Assembly: GCA_937625935.1 (NCBI GenBank)
Contig: OW569374.1
Span: forward strand, 186,001 to 250,000
Length of the DNA: 64,000 bases
Direction: 5' to 3'
Origin: Tetramitus jugosus
Taxonomy: Eukaryota > Protista > Heterolobosea
How positions within the stretch are numbered: position 1 is the stretch's first letter; every line of letters begins with the position of its first letter. The notes under the pieces are model-generated. The model ran no database searches. It was not told where the DNA came from and worked only from the letters and a program-made list of their open reading frames with translations. The position numbers and the translations under genes were made by a program. This document shows, piece after piece, positions 39,860 to 50,044 of the stretch.

Positions 39860-42800
39860 ATGACGCTATTGAATACACCACATGACAACAGCAACAGCAA
39901 CAACAGCAACAATAATAACAATAATAGTAACAATTCAAATGTGCACCAACATCAGAATCAACGAACCATTGATGGCAATGACGAGGATAGCTCCGGTAGT
40001 GGTGATGAAACACTAGTTCGATCACCCCCACCAAACAATAATACTCATCACATCAACAATAGCAACAATAGTAGCTCTAGAAGCAGCAGCAGCAGTGATG
40101 TTATTGGTGGTGGCAATGGTGATGAAGAAGAAGATGATGGTGGTAATGAAGAGGCTGATACAATGAACCATGACGATCATACATCAACAACAACAACATC
40201 GACATCTACACCAACAACAGCACTTGCTGCTGCTGAGACGACACAATCATCCATTGTATCATCACCCATCAACACCACTACCGCTACTGCTTCTCCGACA
40301 TTGCACGAAAAGGTATTGTCTTTCAAATTGTCATCGCCATCCGACACCATTCATTATGATGATGAGATGAAAATGAGGAGTCAAAATCATGTAAATATTA
40401 ATAATAATAATAATGGTAATGCTAGTGATGACGGTCTGATGAATAATCAAACCATCACCAAAAAGAATAGCAATAATGTAAAACCTGTAGTACAGAGCTA
40501 TCAATCAGCAACAGACAATGATAAACAGAAATTGAGCAAAACTCAATTCCTGCCAATAATGAAAATGAATCAACTGTTAGCACAGTATCGACATGTGATG
40601 GGAACAATACTGTTCGCACTCAAATATGTGACCATGGACACGAAGAAACGATGGAAGAGCTTTTTGGTTGGTCTTCTGACAATTGTTATTGTTGTTTTTG
40701 TGGTTAGTATCTTGTACAATTCTGTTCTGAAGGCATCAGTCATCTTTTTGAAGCTGTCAGAGGATCAAGTCGGAGAGACCGATGTGATGATCAATCCTAG
40801 GTTGACGAATTCAAGTGCAATTCCCTTTGTGAATGAAACGTTGGTTCGAGAGAAACTATATGGATATGGAGATATTGTAGGAACGAGTCCTCGGTGGATC
40901 ATGTATGGTCGTATAGAGAACCGTGACGATCCAAAGAAAAATGCAACTGCTATTTTGTTGATTACAGACACAAAACGAGAGAAGGAGATTGGTATTGGAA
41001 GAGCATGGCCTCACAGACCACTGGGCGAAGGTGAGTGTCACGCAAAGGACAATTTGTTGAGTGCAATTGGCGTAGAATCAGGTATTGGTCAGAGAGTGAA
41101 TGTTCGTTTGGAATTGGATGTTTTACTACAGGCCTTCTCAGGTGCCAATCAGGCCATCTCGCAGGATTTAAACTCAGAAGAACAAAACCAGAATGAAAAT
41201 AGCGATGACGGTGACTCCACTGCTACTCTAGAAAAGTCGTCGACCAATAAGAGTGGATCCAATGGATTTAGCAATACAACTGAGTTGCTAAAAACTATTC
41301 TGGTGTCTGCAGGAGTAGACTTTGCGCAACCAATCGTGGTCAATTTGACAGAGGTCGCAGACCAGTTACGAGCATCAGGCACTACAATACCTCCGCAGTT
41401 TGATATCTTGTTAGAGAGTTTGGGACCCGTTAACGTCACATTTGGTCAACTATTTAACTTATTGTTGGCGAATAATACGGGTGTTTTGGATTCACTTGGA
41501 GATATATATGGAGAATATTCCGTCATCGATTCCATTTCCTCACCACGAGGCAAGTTTCCACCCGCTCTTGGTAATGTTGTCATGCTCGATTCAAAATTTC
41601 TGTTACGAACTGTAACTGATACGATGCTTCGAAATTTTTTGCTGCAACTATTGTTAACAATTGGAGGTAGCGAGCAAGCTGTCAGACAATACTTGTACAA
41701 TTTTAAGGTGAATGAATATGCGTTGACTGTTGCTGCCATGTATCGAAAGAGGTTTAGTGTATATACAAAGAATCAGAATGACAGAAATAGTGACATAGTG
41801 CAGTTTACAAATGCAATTGTCAACAAGTTGGGTGTTTCCTTTCCTGCTGACATAACCTTTCCAATTATTCAGGTATTGGATGGACTTCAGTTCTTACGCT
41901 TGTTCCTGGATCAAATATTTGTCGCAGTCGTTGTGATGTTGGGTATATTAGGAGCAATTCTGATCTTTACACTTCTGTTGGCGAACGTGGAGGAGAAGAC
42001 ATATGAATATGGAATGTTGCGCGCACTAGGTCTTCAGAAATTGTCTCTCATTCAAGTCATATTGAGTCATGCATTCTATTTCGCAATACCTGGTATTATC
42101 TGTGGAATGATTGGATCGTTCCTGACGAATATTGCAATTGAATTCATCATAAGAAACAAGATTGTGAATGCTGATTATAAGATTCAATATGTTCTAAATT
42201 GGGTGTCTATCGTAGTACCGATTTTACTTGGATTGTTAATTCCGCTAGCTGCCAATATCGTACCCATTCGAGTAAGTAACCATGTTTTGTGATTCACATC
42301 TTTGAGACTCAACACTCACTTTATTTTCCTTAGACTGCACTTTCTAGAACATTGCGTGATAGTTTAGATATTACCCATCAAACATTCAATGAAACAACGG
42401 TCAAGATGATCAAACTTGAGAATCTGGGTGTCGAGCCTTGGCAAACAGCAGTGTCGATCGCACTTGTTGTTATTGGCTTCGTTGTTTACTATATCGTGCC
42501 ATATTCCTTTCTGTTCCAAAAGCTTCCTCTTTTCTTCTATATTATGAATGGAATCCTATTGGGTATGCTGTTGGGATTGTGTGCGATAGCAGTTGTTTTG
42601 CAGCCGGTTCTTGAGAGGATTGTATTGTTTTTTATATTGATTGGTCCCGAAAGGAAGATGCACACATTAATTTCGAAAAATTTGGCAGGCCACCGAAAAA
42701 GAAGTCGAAAAACCTTCTTGATGTTTACTCTGGCAATCGCATTTATAATTTTCGCTGGAGTTGCCTTCTCACTACAGGTCGTGAATATAGTTTCCAATGT

Positions 42801-44106
42801 GAAGTCAATTATCGGAAGCGATGCAACAATTCAGAGCTTAACTCAACTCTATCCTTTACCCGAGAAGGAGCTTAGTGCATATTTAAATTCTGAGATTGCA
42901 AACGGCACAGTTTATGGCTACAGTTATCAGACATTTGATCTTACTCAACAACCATTTATTACAGACTCGTTCTTCTCTTCTCTCGCTTATTATTCGAGCA
43001 GGAGAGTGGTTGTGTATGGAGTCTCTCAGAACTATTTGGACGTTGCATACTCTCAATATTTTCTATACTCGCAATATGATCGAGATCTCTCATACAAGTA
43101 TATTCAAAAGAAGCCTGATGTCATTGACAGTTTATACACCCAAGCAAAGAAAGCAAAGGTACGTGGAGAGAAGAGTGGGTTCTATCCAAACACAATATTC
43201 GATGAAAGAAATGACCAATCGCTTAATTCAACTGCTTTTGATCCATCAGAGAAATATCTCAATTATGTCGACATCATAGTGTCCGAAGCGATGCGACCAG
43301 TCACAGGTATCAACATGAAATCTCCCCTACAATTGCGTTTATATGCTTATAATCCTGATACGAACTCTAGAGCGTCCCAAGATTACTTAGCCAAAGCTCG
43401 ATCTCTTGTGTACAAGATGCCTGGTTACTTTTACTCTTCATATCAATTTACTGCAAGTGGTTCGCCGATTCTTGTAAGTTTTGATGAATATAGAAACATA
43501 GCAAGAGATTGTGCGAAGTCAATTGATTATCAATATGATGGCTCCATTCCCAAGCAGAAGATTTTAATCAGATTTAGAACACAAAACGCGCAGAAGATCG
43601 TATCCATATTGAACAATTTGAAGAGTCTAACAAGGGCAGAATTTGTTGTGATTAACAATGTCAAAGAGTTGATCAAGAGTACAAAGAAGACAACAGATGC
43701 ACTGCTTGGTTTCTTCAATGTAGTAGCTGCCATTGCCATTGTATTGTGCTTCTTTGTTCTGGCCATTAGTTTCACTGGAAATGTGCGAGATAATTCTTGG
43801 GAGTTTGGAGTTCTTCGATCTATTGGTTTATCGGTTAACAAACTGATACGTGCGTACATTTATGAAGCCTTATGTCTGGTAGTCTCAGCTTTCTTCTGTG
43901 GAACATGCATTGGAGTTGTCATTGCAGCTTCTCTGACTGCCCAGTTCAATGTATTCCTCGAGATGCCCTTCCAGTTCGATTTCCCATACATTCTATTCTT
44001 TACCATGATGGCAATGTCACTGATTGTAGCAGTTGTCGGATCATACTTGCCTGCAAGAATTCTCAAGAAGCAACAAATTGCTCTCGTTCTCAAAGGTAGC
44101 GCTTAG
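39860..44106 (+). CDS. FtsX/MacB-like ABC3 permease with duplicated FtsX domains; exons 39860-42271, 42334-44106
   Basis: Two FtsX motifs (NVEEKTYEYGMLRALGL; NVRDNSWEFGVLRSIGL), two large extracellular loops. Intron 42272-42333 joins the ORFs in frame. Confidence 0.88.
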
Positions 44107-44195
44107 GCCACAACGCAATAAACACATCCGGCCAATCATTTCACCGCCATTTGCATGAAAGTTTTTCACTCGCCGAACAAACAACATTATCACAC

Positions 44196-45704
44196 ATGCT
44201 CAAATCCATTCCATTGTTGAAGAGATTCTCAAAGACGAGACTCGAGCACAACAGTCGAGCTACGTGCACCTTATTGAAACCACACACTCACCACCAACTT
44301 CGTACGTTTCTCACCTTAACCACACGATCACACAACAACAAATCATGTGAGGAGGAAACAGGAGAGAAGAACTTCAAGAAGCAACACCACGATCAAGAAG
44401 AAGAGGAACCAGCAAGCATCAAAATCAACACAGGTGCCCAATTATCATCATCATCATCACAAAGCAATCCAACCAATGGTCTATTCCCTCAAATGAACAG
44501 CTACGTCAAAATAGTTTCACCTCAAAAGAATAGAATCTATGTCATTTATCTCTGTGAATCAACCAATAAGAAATTAACGTTCAATGAAGGACCAGTCATG
44601 TTGGACAGTATATTGAGTTCGCCATTTGGTACGTTGATACCGACCATGACTCCATCCATGCAGACTCAGCAGCGCAAACTGATGAAAAAGAAATTGAAAG
44701 AAAAGGAACAGCAACATCTCAAAAGATTACGCAAGAGCAGAGGTTCGAGCGGCAGTCTTGAAGCAGAAGATTTGGAGATACGAGAGGAGGAATCAGAGCA
44801 AAAACAACTGGAAGAAGACGAGCAACATGAAGAAACAAATACTGATGAATTAGAGTCATCGTCTCATCACAATAACGTGTTTTTGTTGTTGCCTGCAACA
44901 ATGGAGGACATTGTACAACACGGAAAGAGGTACGGACAAGTGATTTACACAAAAGACGCGGCTCAGATTGTTCACAGATTGAATATTGGACCAGGGTCTA
45001 GAGTGTTGGAAGCTGGATCGGGCAGCTCCCATTTTACTCAAGTGTTGGCATGGCGTGTCGGTTCCACGGGCAAAGTATACACATTTGAGGCCATCAAGGA
45101 CAGTTATTTGATTGCAAAGAAGAATATGGAGAGATCTAGAATGATAGACAATGTGGAAATGCATCAGGAGATGCTGACAGAGGAGACACTGTCGACCAAC
45201 TATTCTCATATCAAGGATTTAGATGCTGTGTTTTTGGATATGAAGGATCCATCGACACACATACGCTATGTTCACAAACTTATGAAGCCAGGATCGATAC
45301 TCGGATTATGGTTGCCTACGACCAATCAAGTATCGGATGCATTAAAAGTGCTGGAGGAGACAAGAATGTATGCATGCATCAAGGTTCAAGAAATCATGGA
45401 GAGAAACTATAAGAGCAACTATGCAAGGTTTCGACCAGAAGACCGCATGATTGCTCACACGGGATATATGGTGTTTGCCACAGCTCTTCATCCAAATGCT
45501 GGATCCTTCTTCCTGAACAACACGACTCGGAACGAAAATGAAGACGAGGAAGCACCAGACGATGAGAAAACAAAGTTACTCTTTGATGGATTTTTTAATC
45601 CTACGACCAGAAGGTCAGCCAACGTAAAAAAGAATGGAGCCAGGAGGGATGAAACGCAAGTCAACCAGTCAACTTTATCTACGGCGGAAGGCGATTCGAC
45701 ATAA
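44196..45704 (+). CDS. TRMT61: tRNA (adenine-58-N1)-methyltransferase catalytic subunit, TrmI/TRMT61B-like, probably mitochondrial
   Basis: QVIYTKD, GPGSRVLEAGSGS, DAVFLD, LPTTNQV, RPEDRMIAHTGY; Arg-rich presequence-like N-terminus from ATG 44196. Confidence 0.88.
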   Translation: MLKSIPLLKRFSKTRLEHNSRATCTLLKPHTHHQLRTFLTLTTRSHNNKSCEEETGEKNFKKQHHDQEEEEPASIKINTGAQLSSSSSQSNPTNGLFPQMNSYVKIVSPQKNRIYVIYLCESTNKKLTFNEGPVMLDSILSSPFGTLIPTMTPSMQTQQRKLMKKKLKEKEQQHLKRLRKSRGSSGSLEAEDLEIREEESEQKQLEEDEQHEETNTDELESSSHHNNVFLLLPATMEDIVQHGKRYGQVIYTKDAAQIVHRLNIGPGSRVLEAGSGSSHFTQVLAWRVGSTGKVYTFEAIKDSYLIAKKNMERSRMIDNVEMHQEMLTEETLSTNYSHIKDLDAVFLDMKDPSTHIRYVHKLMKPGSILGLWLPTTNQVSDALKVLEETRMYACIKVQEIMERNYKSNYARFRPEDRMIAHTGYMVFATALHPNAGSFFLNNTTRNENEDEEAPDDEKTKLLFDGFFNPTTRRSANVKKNGARRDETQVNQSTLSTAEGDST

Positions 45705-45829
45705 ATATTTTTAGACTCGATTACAAAAAAAATCGATTTGAACATCCAAATATCTCCCTATACAATCAGACGATATTTGGATCAATACATTGTGCGCTGA
45801 GAAAAATTGATCAAAACATCAAGAGGAAG

Positions 45830-47890
45830 ATGATCGGTCCATGCTTCAGACGACGATGTGTTGTTTCTTCCATCAGTCGATATGCCTGTGCGAATAAGCC
45901 AAGAGCAAGATCACTGCTGTATGGTGTTACGCTAACGACACCAACTACACTGGAACTATCAGATCCATTCTCTCCTCGTGCTAACATTGTCAAGCAATTC
46001 CATAGAGAATTCACACATCCCTTGACAATCAATACCAAGAAGAATCAATCTCCCTATCGATTCTCTCATCAACAACGTAGTTACTCATCCAAGTCTAGTG
46101 TTGATATACAACCGCAACAGAAGAAGGGTGGTAGACTTCCCAAGTTTTTGGTCATCACGTTTCTGACTGCAACCATTGCGACGTCCATTGTCGGATTCAC
46201 TGTCTGGTTTCTCTTGTATTCTGAAGAGACTGGCAGAGATTTGAATTGGTTGATGAGTCGATTGATGATTGGCAATAAAATGGTGCTGCATGCAGAGGAT
46301 GAAAACAAACCGAATCAACCAAAGAGTTCCGCTGAAATGGAGGACAGAGAAACTGTTGTGATACTGGGTACTGGTTGGGGCGCGATCAGTATGTTTGAGC
46401 ACTTGGATCTCAGCAAGTTCAATGTCATTCTGATCTCTCCTCGCAACTACTCATTGTTTACACCAATGCTAGCGTCTGTTACAACAGGTCATGTGGACAA
46501 TAGAAGTATTGTTGATTCGATACACAATCACATCGAAAGACGAACCAGAAAATACAAGAAGTATAATCCGTCTGTCGAGTTCTATGAGGCCAAATGCTTC
46601 GATGTAGATTGGGAGAATCAAGTTGTGCTATGCGAGCAAACCAATACTCAGAAACACTTGTTGAGTCATGCAGATCAAAAGGAGAGAACATTTACAGTAC
46701 CTTACGATAAATTGGTGATCGCAGTCGGTTGCAGAACCAATACGTTCAACACACCTGGTGTCGTTGAAAATTGCTATTTTTTGAAGGAGATTGATGATGC
46801 AGAAGGAATTCGTCTTCAAGTGTTCACTAATTTGGAAAGAGCCAATTGTCCAGGATTGAGTGAGGATCAACTGAGAAAGATGTTAAATTTTTGTATTGTA
46901 GGCGGTGGACCAACAGGTATTGAGACCGCGGCTGAGATCAACGAAGTGCTGAAGAGAGAAGTGAAACACTACTTCCCTCATTTGGCACCGTATATGCTCA
47001 TTACAGTGGTTCAATCTGCAGATCACATCTTGAACACATTTGACCAGAAGATGTCGAGTTATGCTGAGAAGAAATTTTCGGAAGAGGGTATCAAAGTGAT
47101 CACAAACTCAAGAGTGATTCGAGTTTCCCCCACTGATGTAACTGTCCGTGACAAGAAAACAAACACTGAATTTGAAATTCCTTATGGTCTCTGCCTTTGG
47201 TCAACAGGCATTATGCAACACCCTTTGATCGAAAAACTCACATCTAAGATCACTGCGCAAACCCATACAAAATCTTTGGAGGTCAACAAGCATCTTCAAG
47301 TTGAAGGAATTGGGAAAACAAATGTTTATGCACTTGGAGATTGCGCAAAGGTCAATCAACCTCATCTTCTGGCAAAAATGAAGGAAATATTTGAAGAAGC
47401 AGATGCCAACAAAGATGGATTTATTCAGATTGAAGAACTGGAAAGATATGGCAAAGCCAAAGCGAGCGAGTATCCGCACTTAGCTGTCTTTATTCAAAAA
47501 TCTTTGAACGATTTTTATAAATTTGATGATAATGGAGATGGTCAGCTGGACGAATCAGAGTTCACAAACCTTCTTAAGTTTGTGGATAACCGATTAGAAC
47601 CTTTGCCAGCCACTGCCCAGGTAGCCAACCAACAGGGAAAGTATTTAGCTGATCAGTTCAACTATGGACATACCAAACCATTCCGCTATAACCACTTGGG
47701 TAGCTTTGCCTATCTTGGTCGTGGATCCGCACTGGCAGACATTGGTGGACACGTCGGCAGTGGTTTCGAAGCTTGGCTAACATACAAAGCAGTATACTTC
47801 TCGAAGCAAGTTTCAATGAAAAACAAAATTGCGATTGTGAGCGACTGGACAAGAACTATGATCTTTGGTCGAGACACATCGAAAGTCTAA
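45830..47890 (+). CDS. Type II (alternative) NAD(P)H dehydrogenase with EF-hand insertion (NDB-type), mitochondrial
   Basis: Presequence plus TM helix, GTGWG, FTPML, YDKLVIAVG, VGGGPTGIE, YALGDCA, EF loops (DANKDGFIQIEE, DDNGDGQLDESE), LPATAQVANQQG, FGRD. Confidence 0.94.
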   Translation: MIGPCFRRRCVVSSISRYACANKPRARSLLYGVTLTTPTTLELSDPFSPRANIVKQFHREFTHPLTINTKKNQSPYRFSHQQRSYSSKSSVDIQPQQKKGGRLPKFLVITFLTATIATSIVGFTVWFLLYSEETGRDLNWLMSRLMIGNKMVLHAEDENKPNQPKSSAEMEDRETVVILGTGWGAISMFEHLDLSKFNVILISPRNYSLFTPMLASVTTGHVDNRSIVDSIHNHIERRTRKYKKYNPSVEFYEAKCFDVDWENQVVLCEQTNTQKHLLSHADQKERTFTVPYDKLVIAVGCRTNTFNTPGVVENCYFLKEIDDAEGIRLQVFTNLERANCPGLSEDQLRKMLNFCIVGGGPTGIETAAEINEVLKREVKHYFPHLAPYMLITVVQSADHILNTFDQKMSSYAEKKFSEEGIKVITNSRVIRVSPTDVTVRDKKTNTEFEIPYGLCLWSTGIMQHPLIEKLTSKITAQTHTKSLEVNKHLQVEGIGKTNVYALGDCAKVNQPHLLAKMKEIFEEADANKDGFIQIEELERYGKAKASEYPHLAVFIQKSLNDFYKFDDNGDGQLDESEFTNLLKFVDNRLEPLPATAQVANQQGKYLADQFNYGHTKPFRYNHLGSFAYLGRGSALADIGGHVGSGFEAWLTYKAVYFSKQVSMKNKIAIVSDWTRTMIFGRDTSKV

Positions 47891-47938
47891 CCGGTCAAGT
47901 TTGTACATAGTAAACAGCTTCAAGTGATAATTTACCGA

Positions 47939-49813
47939 TTATTTTACTCTGAACGGGATTGGTACTGCTCCTTTTTGAACTTCGTTGTAGTAGCTATTAA
48001 CTGACTCTGCATTGTTGGATTCTATTCTGTTCTGCACCGCGTTGATTATCACTGAAGTATCTTCCACTTTCCATTGAGAATTATTGATCTTAGCCTTGAA
48101 AGTGGTACACATAGGACCACAACATATTGCTAGTGCAAGATACTGTTCTTGTGTGCAACTATCTTTCACACTCGACAATTCAAAGGATTTAAGATTCTCA
48201 AATATGGGTAATCTAGCGTGGCTCTGAGTGTCAAGACAATCCAAATGCAAATGCTCTAATTTGGGACAATGTAAAGCTAAAGCTCTCAAATCTCCCAGGA
48301 ATATCGTTGGTATTATCTCCAAGCTTCTTAACTTGGAAAAGTAAATTGCGGATGAATTAACTAGTAAATTCTGAGTGAGTGTGACCTCATCAGCTTTTCG
48401 AATATAGTGGAACCCATGGTCGCGTGGCCCTAGTATCTTTAACTTTTTGGCAGCTGGGTTAAGAATCCGCAGAGGTGATGGTAACAATCCTGTTCTGAAA
48501 GGACGATAATCAAACTCTTCTATTGATTTTGGTATGGCTGACATAATGTCAGAAAACCCATGCTCACTTGCATCATGCAGCACCAAACGCTTCAATTGTG
48601 TACTATACTTGAGCAAAGTCTTCATCTGTTTTGGCTGAAGTGCTGATTGCGATACAATGGATACAGCACTGAATGAACCGAGATGTGGCAAGTCATTTTC
48701 TTGTCTAAAATTGCAGTTTCTTATAGTAAAGTACTTGAGAGTGGATGCAGTCTTCTTTAGCATAGAACCTACGAATTCAAGATTCGACATGAAAGATATC
48801 TTGAGCTCTGTCAATTGCGGCAACGTTGCACATCTTTCAATCACACCAGCATTGAATCCTGTAATCTCGTTTCCGTAATTGCCCAATGTACAATGACCAA
48901 GGCTCAGACTCTTGAGCTCCTGCAATTTAAAAATTGAAGACAGTAATGCCAGAGGTATCACAGTGAATGAGAGATCCAAATGTGTCAAGTTAATCGCACG
49001 CTCAAGCACAGTAACCAAACCATCCGCATCTCTCCTCGTGTTATGACCTTCTTTTGCCGTACCCTTAATCGTTATACGAGTGAGTGCTTCAATGTTTGGA
49101 TGACACAACAGCGAAGAAGCATCAAACTGCTCGTCATAATGCACTCTAAACTCATCATAATGTGACAATAGAGGTGCGCTATGAACGATACAAGAGCGAA
49201 TAAAATGATTCTGACATGAGAACGTGGTCAATTTCGTGAATTGAATATTGTCTGATGGCCATTTGGTCAACTGTGTAATGTTCAACCTGTTCTCAAACGC
49301 TGTAATATGCATCTCAATGGCATTGGATTGAGCAGCCTTCAACACTTTGATCAAATGCTCTTCGTTCCATTGTCTCAAATGAATTCTAAAGTGACTCAAT
49401 TTTGACTTGGCCAAGAATGAGGCAATGGATGACACGGTATCACTGTCCAAACACATCAAATAATCATTGTTCACAGCACTTGCCTCATTATTCAAATATC
49501 TACCATTCCATAAAGCGTCAACATTGTGTGGATGGTACATGATCTCGTAGAGAAACGGATGTACGCACGTGAGATCTTGAACCACTTGTGCCAATGGCAG
49601 GTAACGAGTAATGTGAACAAATGTGTCAACCGGGAGAGAAAAGAGTGTACTGAGGTGTTTCCTTCTTCCTGTCCATCCTCGGGATGGCGGTTTCTCTGGA
49701 AGTGGTTGTTGCTGTTGCTGTGATTGGTGGTCATTGTTGGATGGTTGATTGACCTGAAGAAAGTGATTGAGGTCTGTGGAACGATCTCTGTCCAAGCTGA
49801 CACTGTGACCCAT
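47939..49813 (-). CDS. F-box/LRR protein, possible N-myristoylation (MGHSVS)
   Basis: F-box (LFSLPVDTFVHITRYLPLAQVVQDLTCV) and LRRs (LTHLDLS, LKSLSLG, CPKLEHLHL). First ATG is at 49813. Confidence 0.8.
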   Translation of the reverse strand: MGHSVSLDRDRSTDLNHFLQVNQPSNNDHQSQQQQQPLPEKPPSRGWTGRRKHLSTLFSLPVDTFVHITRYLPLAQVVQDLTCVHPFLYEIMYHPHNVDALWNGRYLNNEASAVNNDYLMCLDSDTVSSIASFLAKSKLSHFRIHLRQWNEEHLIKVLKAAQSNAIEMHITAFENRLNITQLTKWPSDNIQFTKLTTFSCQNHFIRSCIVHSAPLLSHYDEFRVHYDEQFDASSLLCHPNIEALTRITIKGTAKEGHNTRRDADGLVTVLERAINLTHLDLSFTVIPLALLSSIFKLQELKSLSLGHCTLGNYGNEITGFNAGVIERCATLPQLTELKISFMSNLEFVGSMLKKTASTLKYFTIRNCNFRQENDLPHLGSFSAVSIVSQSALQPKQMKTLLKYSTQLKRLVLHDASEHGFSDIMSAIPKSIEEFDYRPFRTGLLPSPLRILNPAAKKLKILGPRDHGFHYIRKADEVTLTQNLLVNSSAIYFSKLRSLEIIPTIFLGDLRALALHCPKLEHLHLDCLDTQSHARLPIFENLKSFELSSVKDSCTQEQYLALAICCGPMCTTFKAKINNSQWKVEDTSVIINAVQNRIESNNAESVNSYYNEVQKGAVPIPFRVK

Positions 49814-49966
49814 TGTTGTTGTTGTTGTTGTGGTTGTGGTTGTGGTTGTTCTCAACAAGAAGTGATTGTATGTTGTTACCACCCACAGTGTTAAGCTCGG
49901 CACTTGCGGAGAACAGACATCGAACTTCGCTCGAGTGACATTTGATGTTACTCCGACTCACCAATA

Positions 49967-49977
49967 TTGGCGCCAAA
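49967..49977. promoter_or_regulatory. E2F-type site TTGGCGCCAAA upstream of POLA1
   Basis: Consensus match about 70 bp upstream of the POLA1 ATG; POLA1 is a classical E2F target. Confidence 0.55.
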
Positions 49978-50044
49978 AACCTTCCGTTGTTCTCCAAAAA
50001 AATTGGAGGGAAACAATAATAAATTCAAAAACAGCAAGAAAGAA

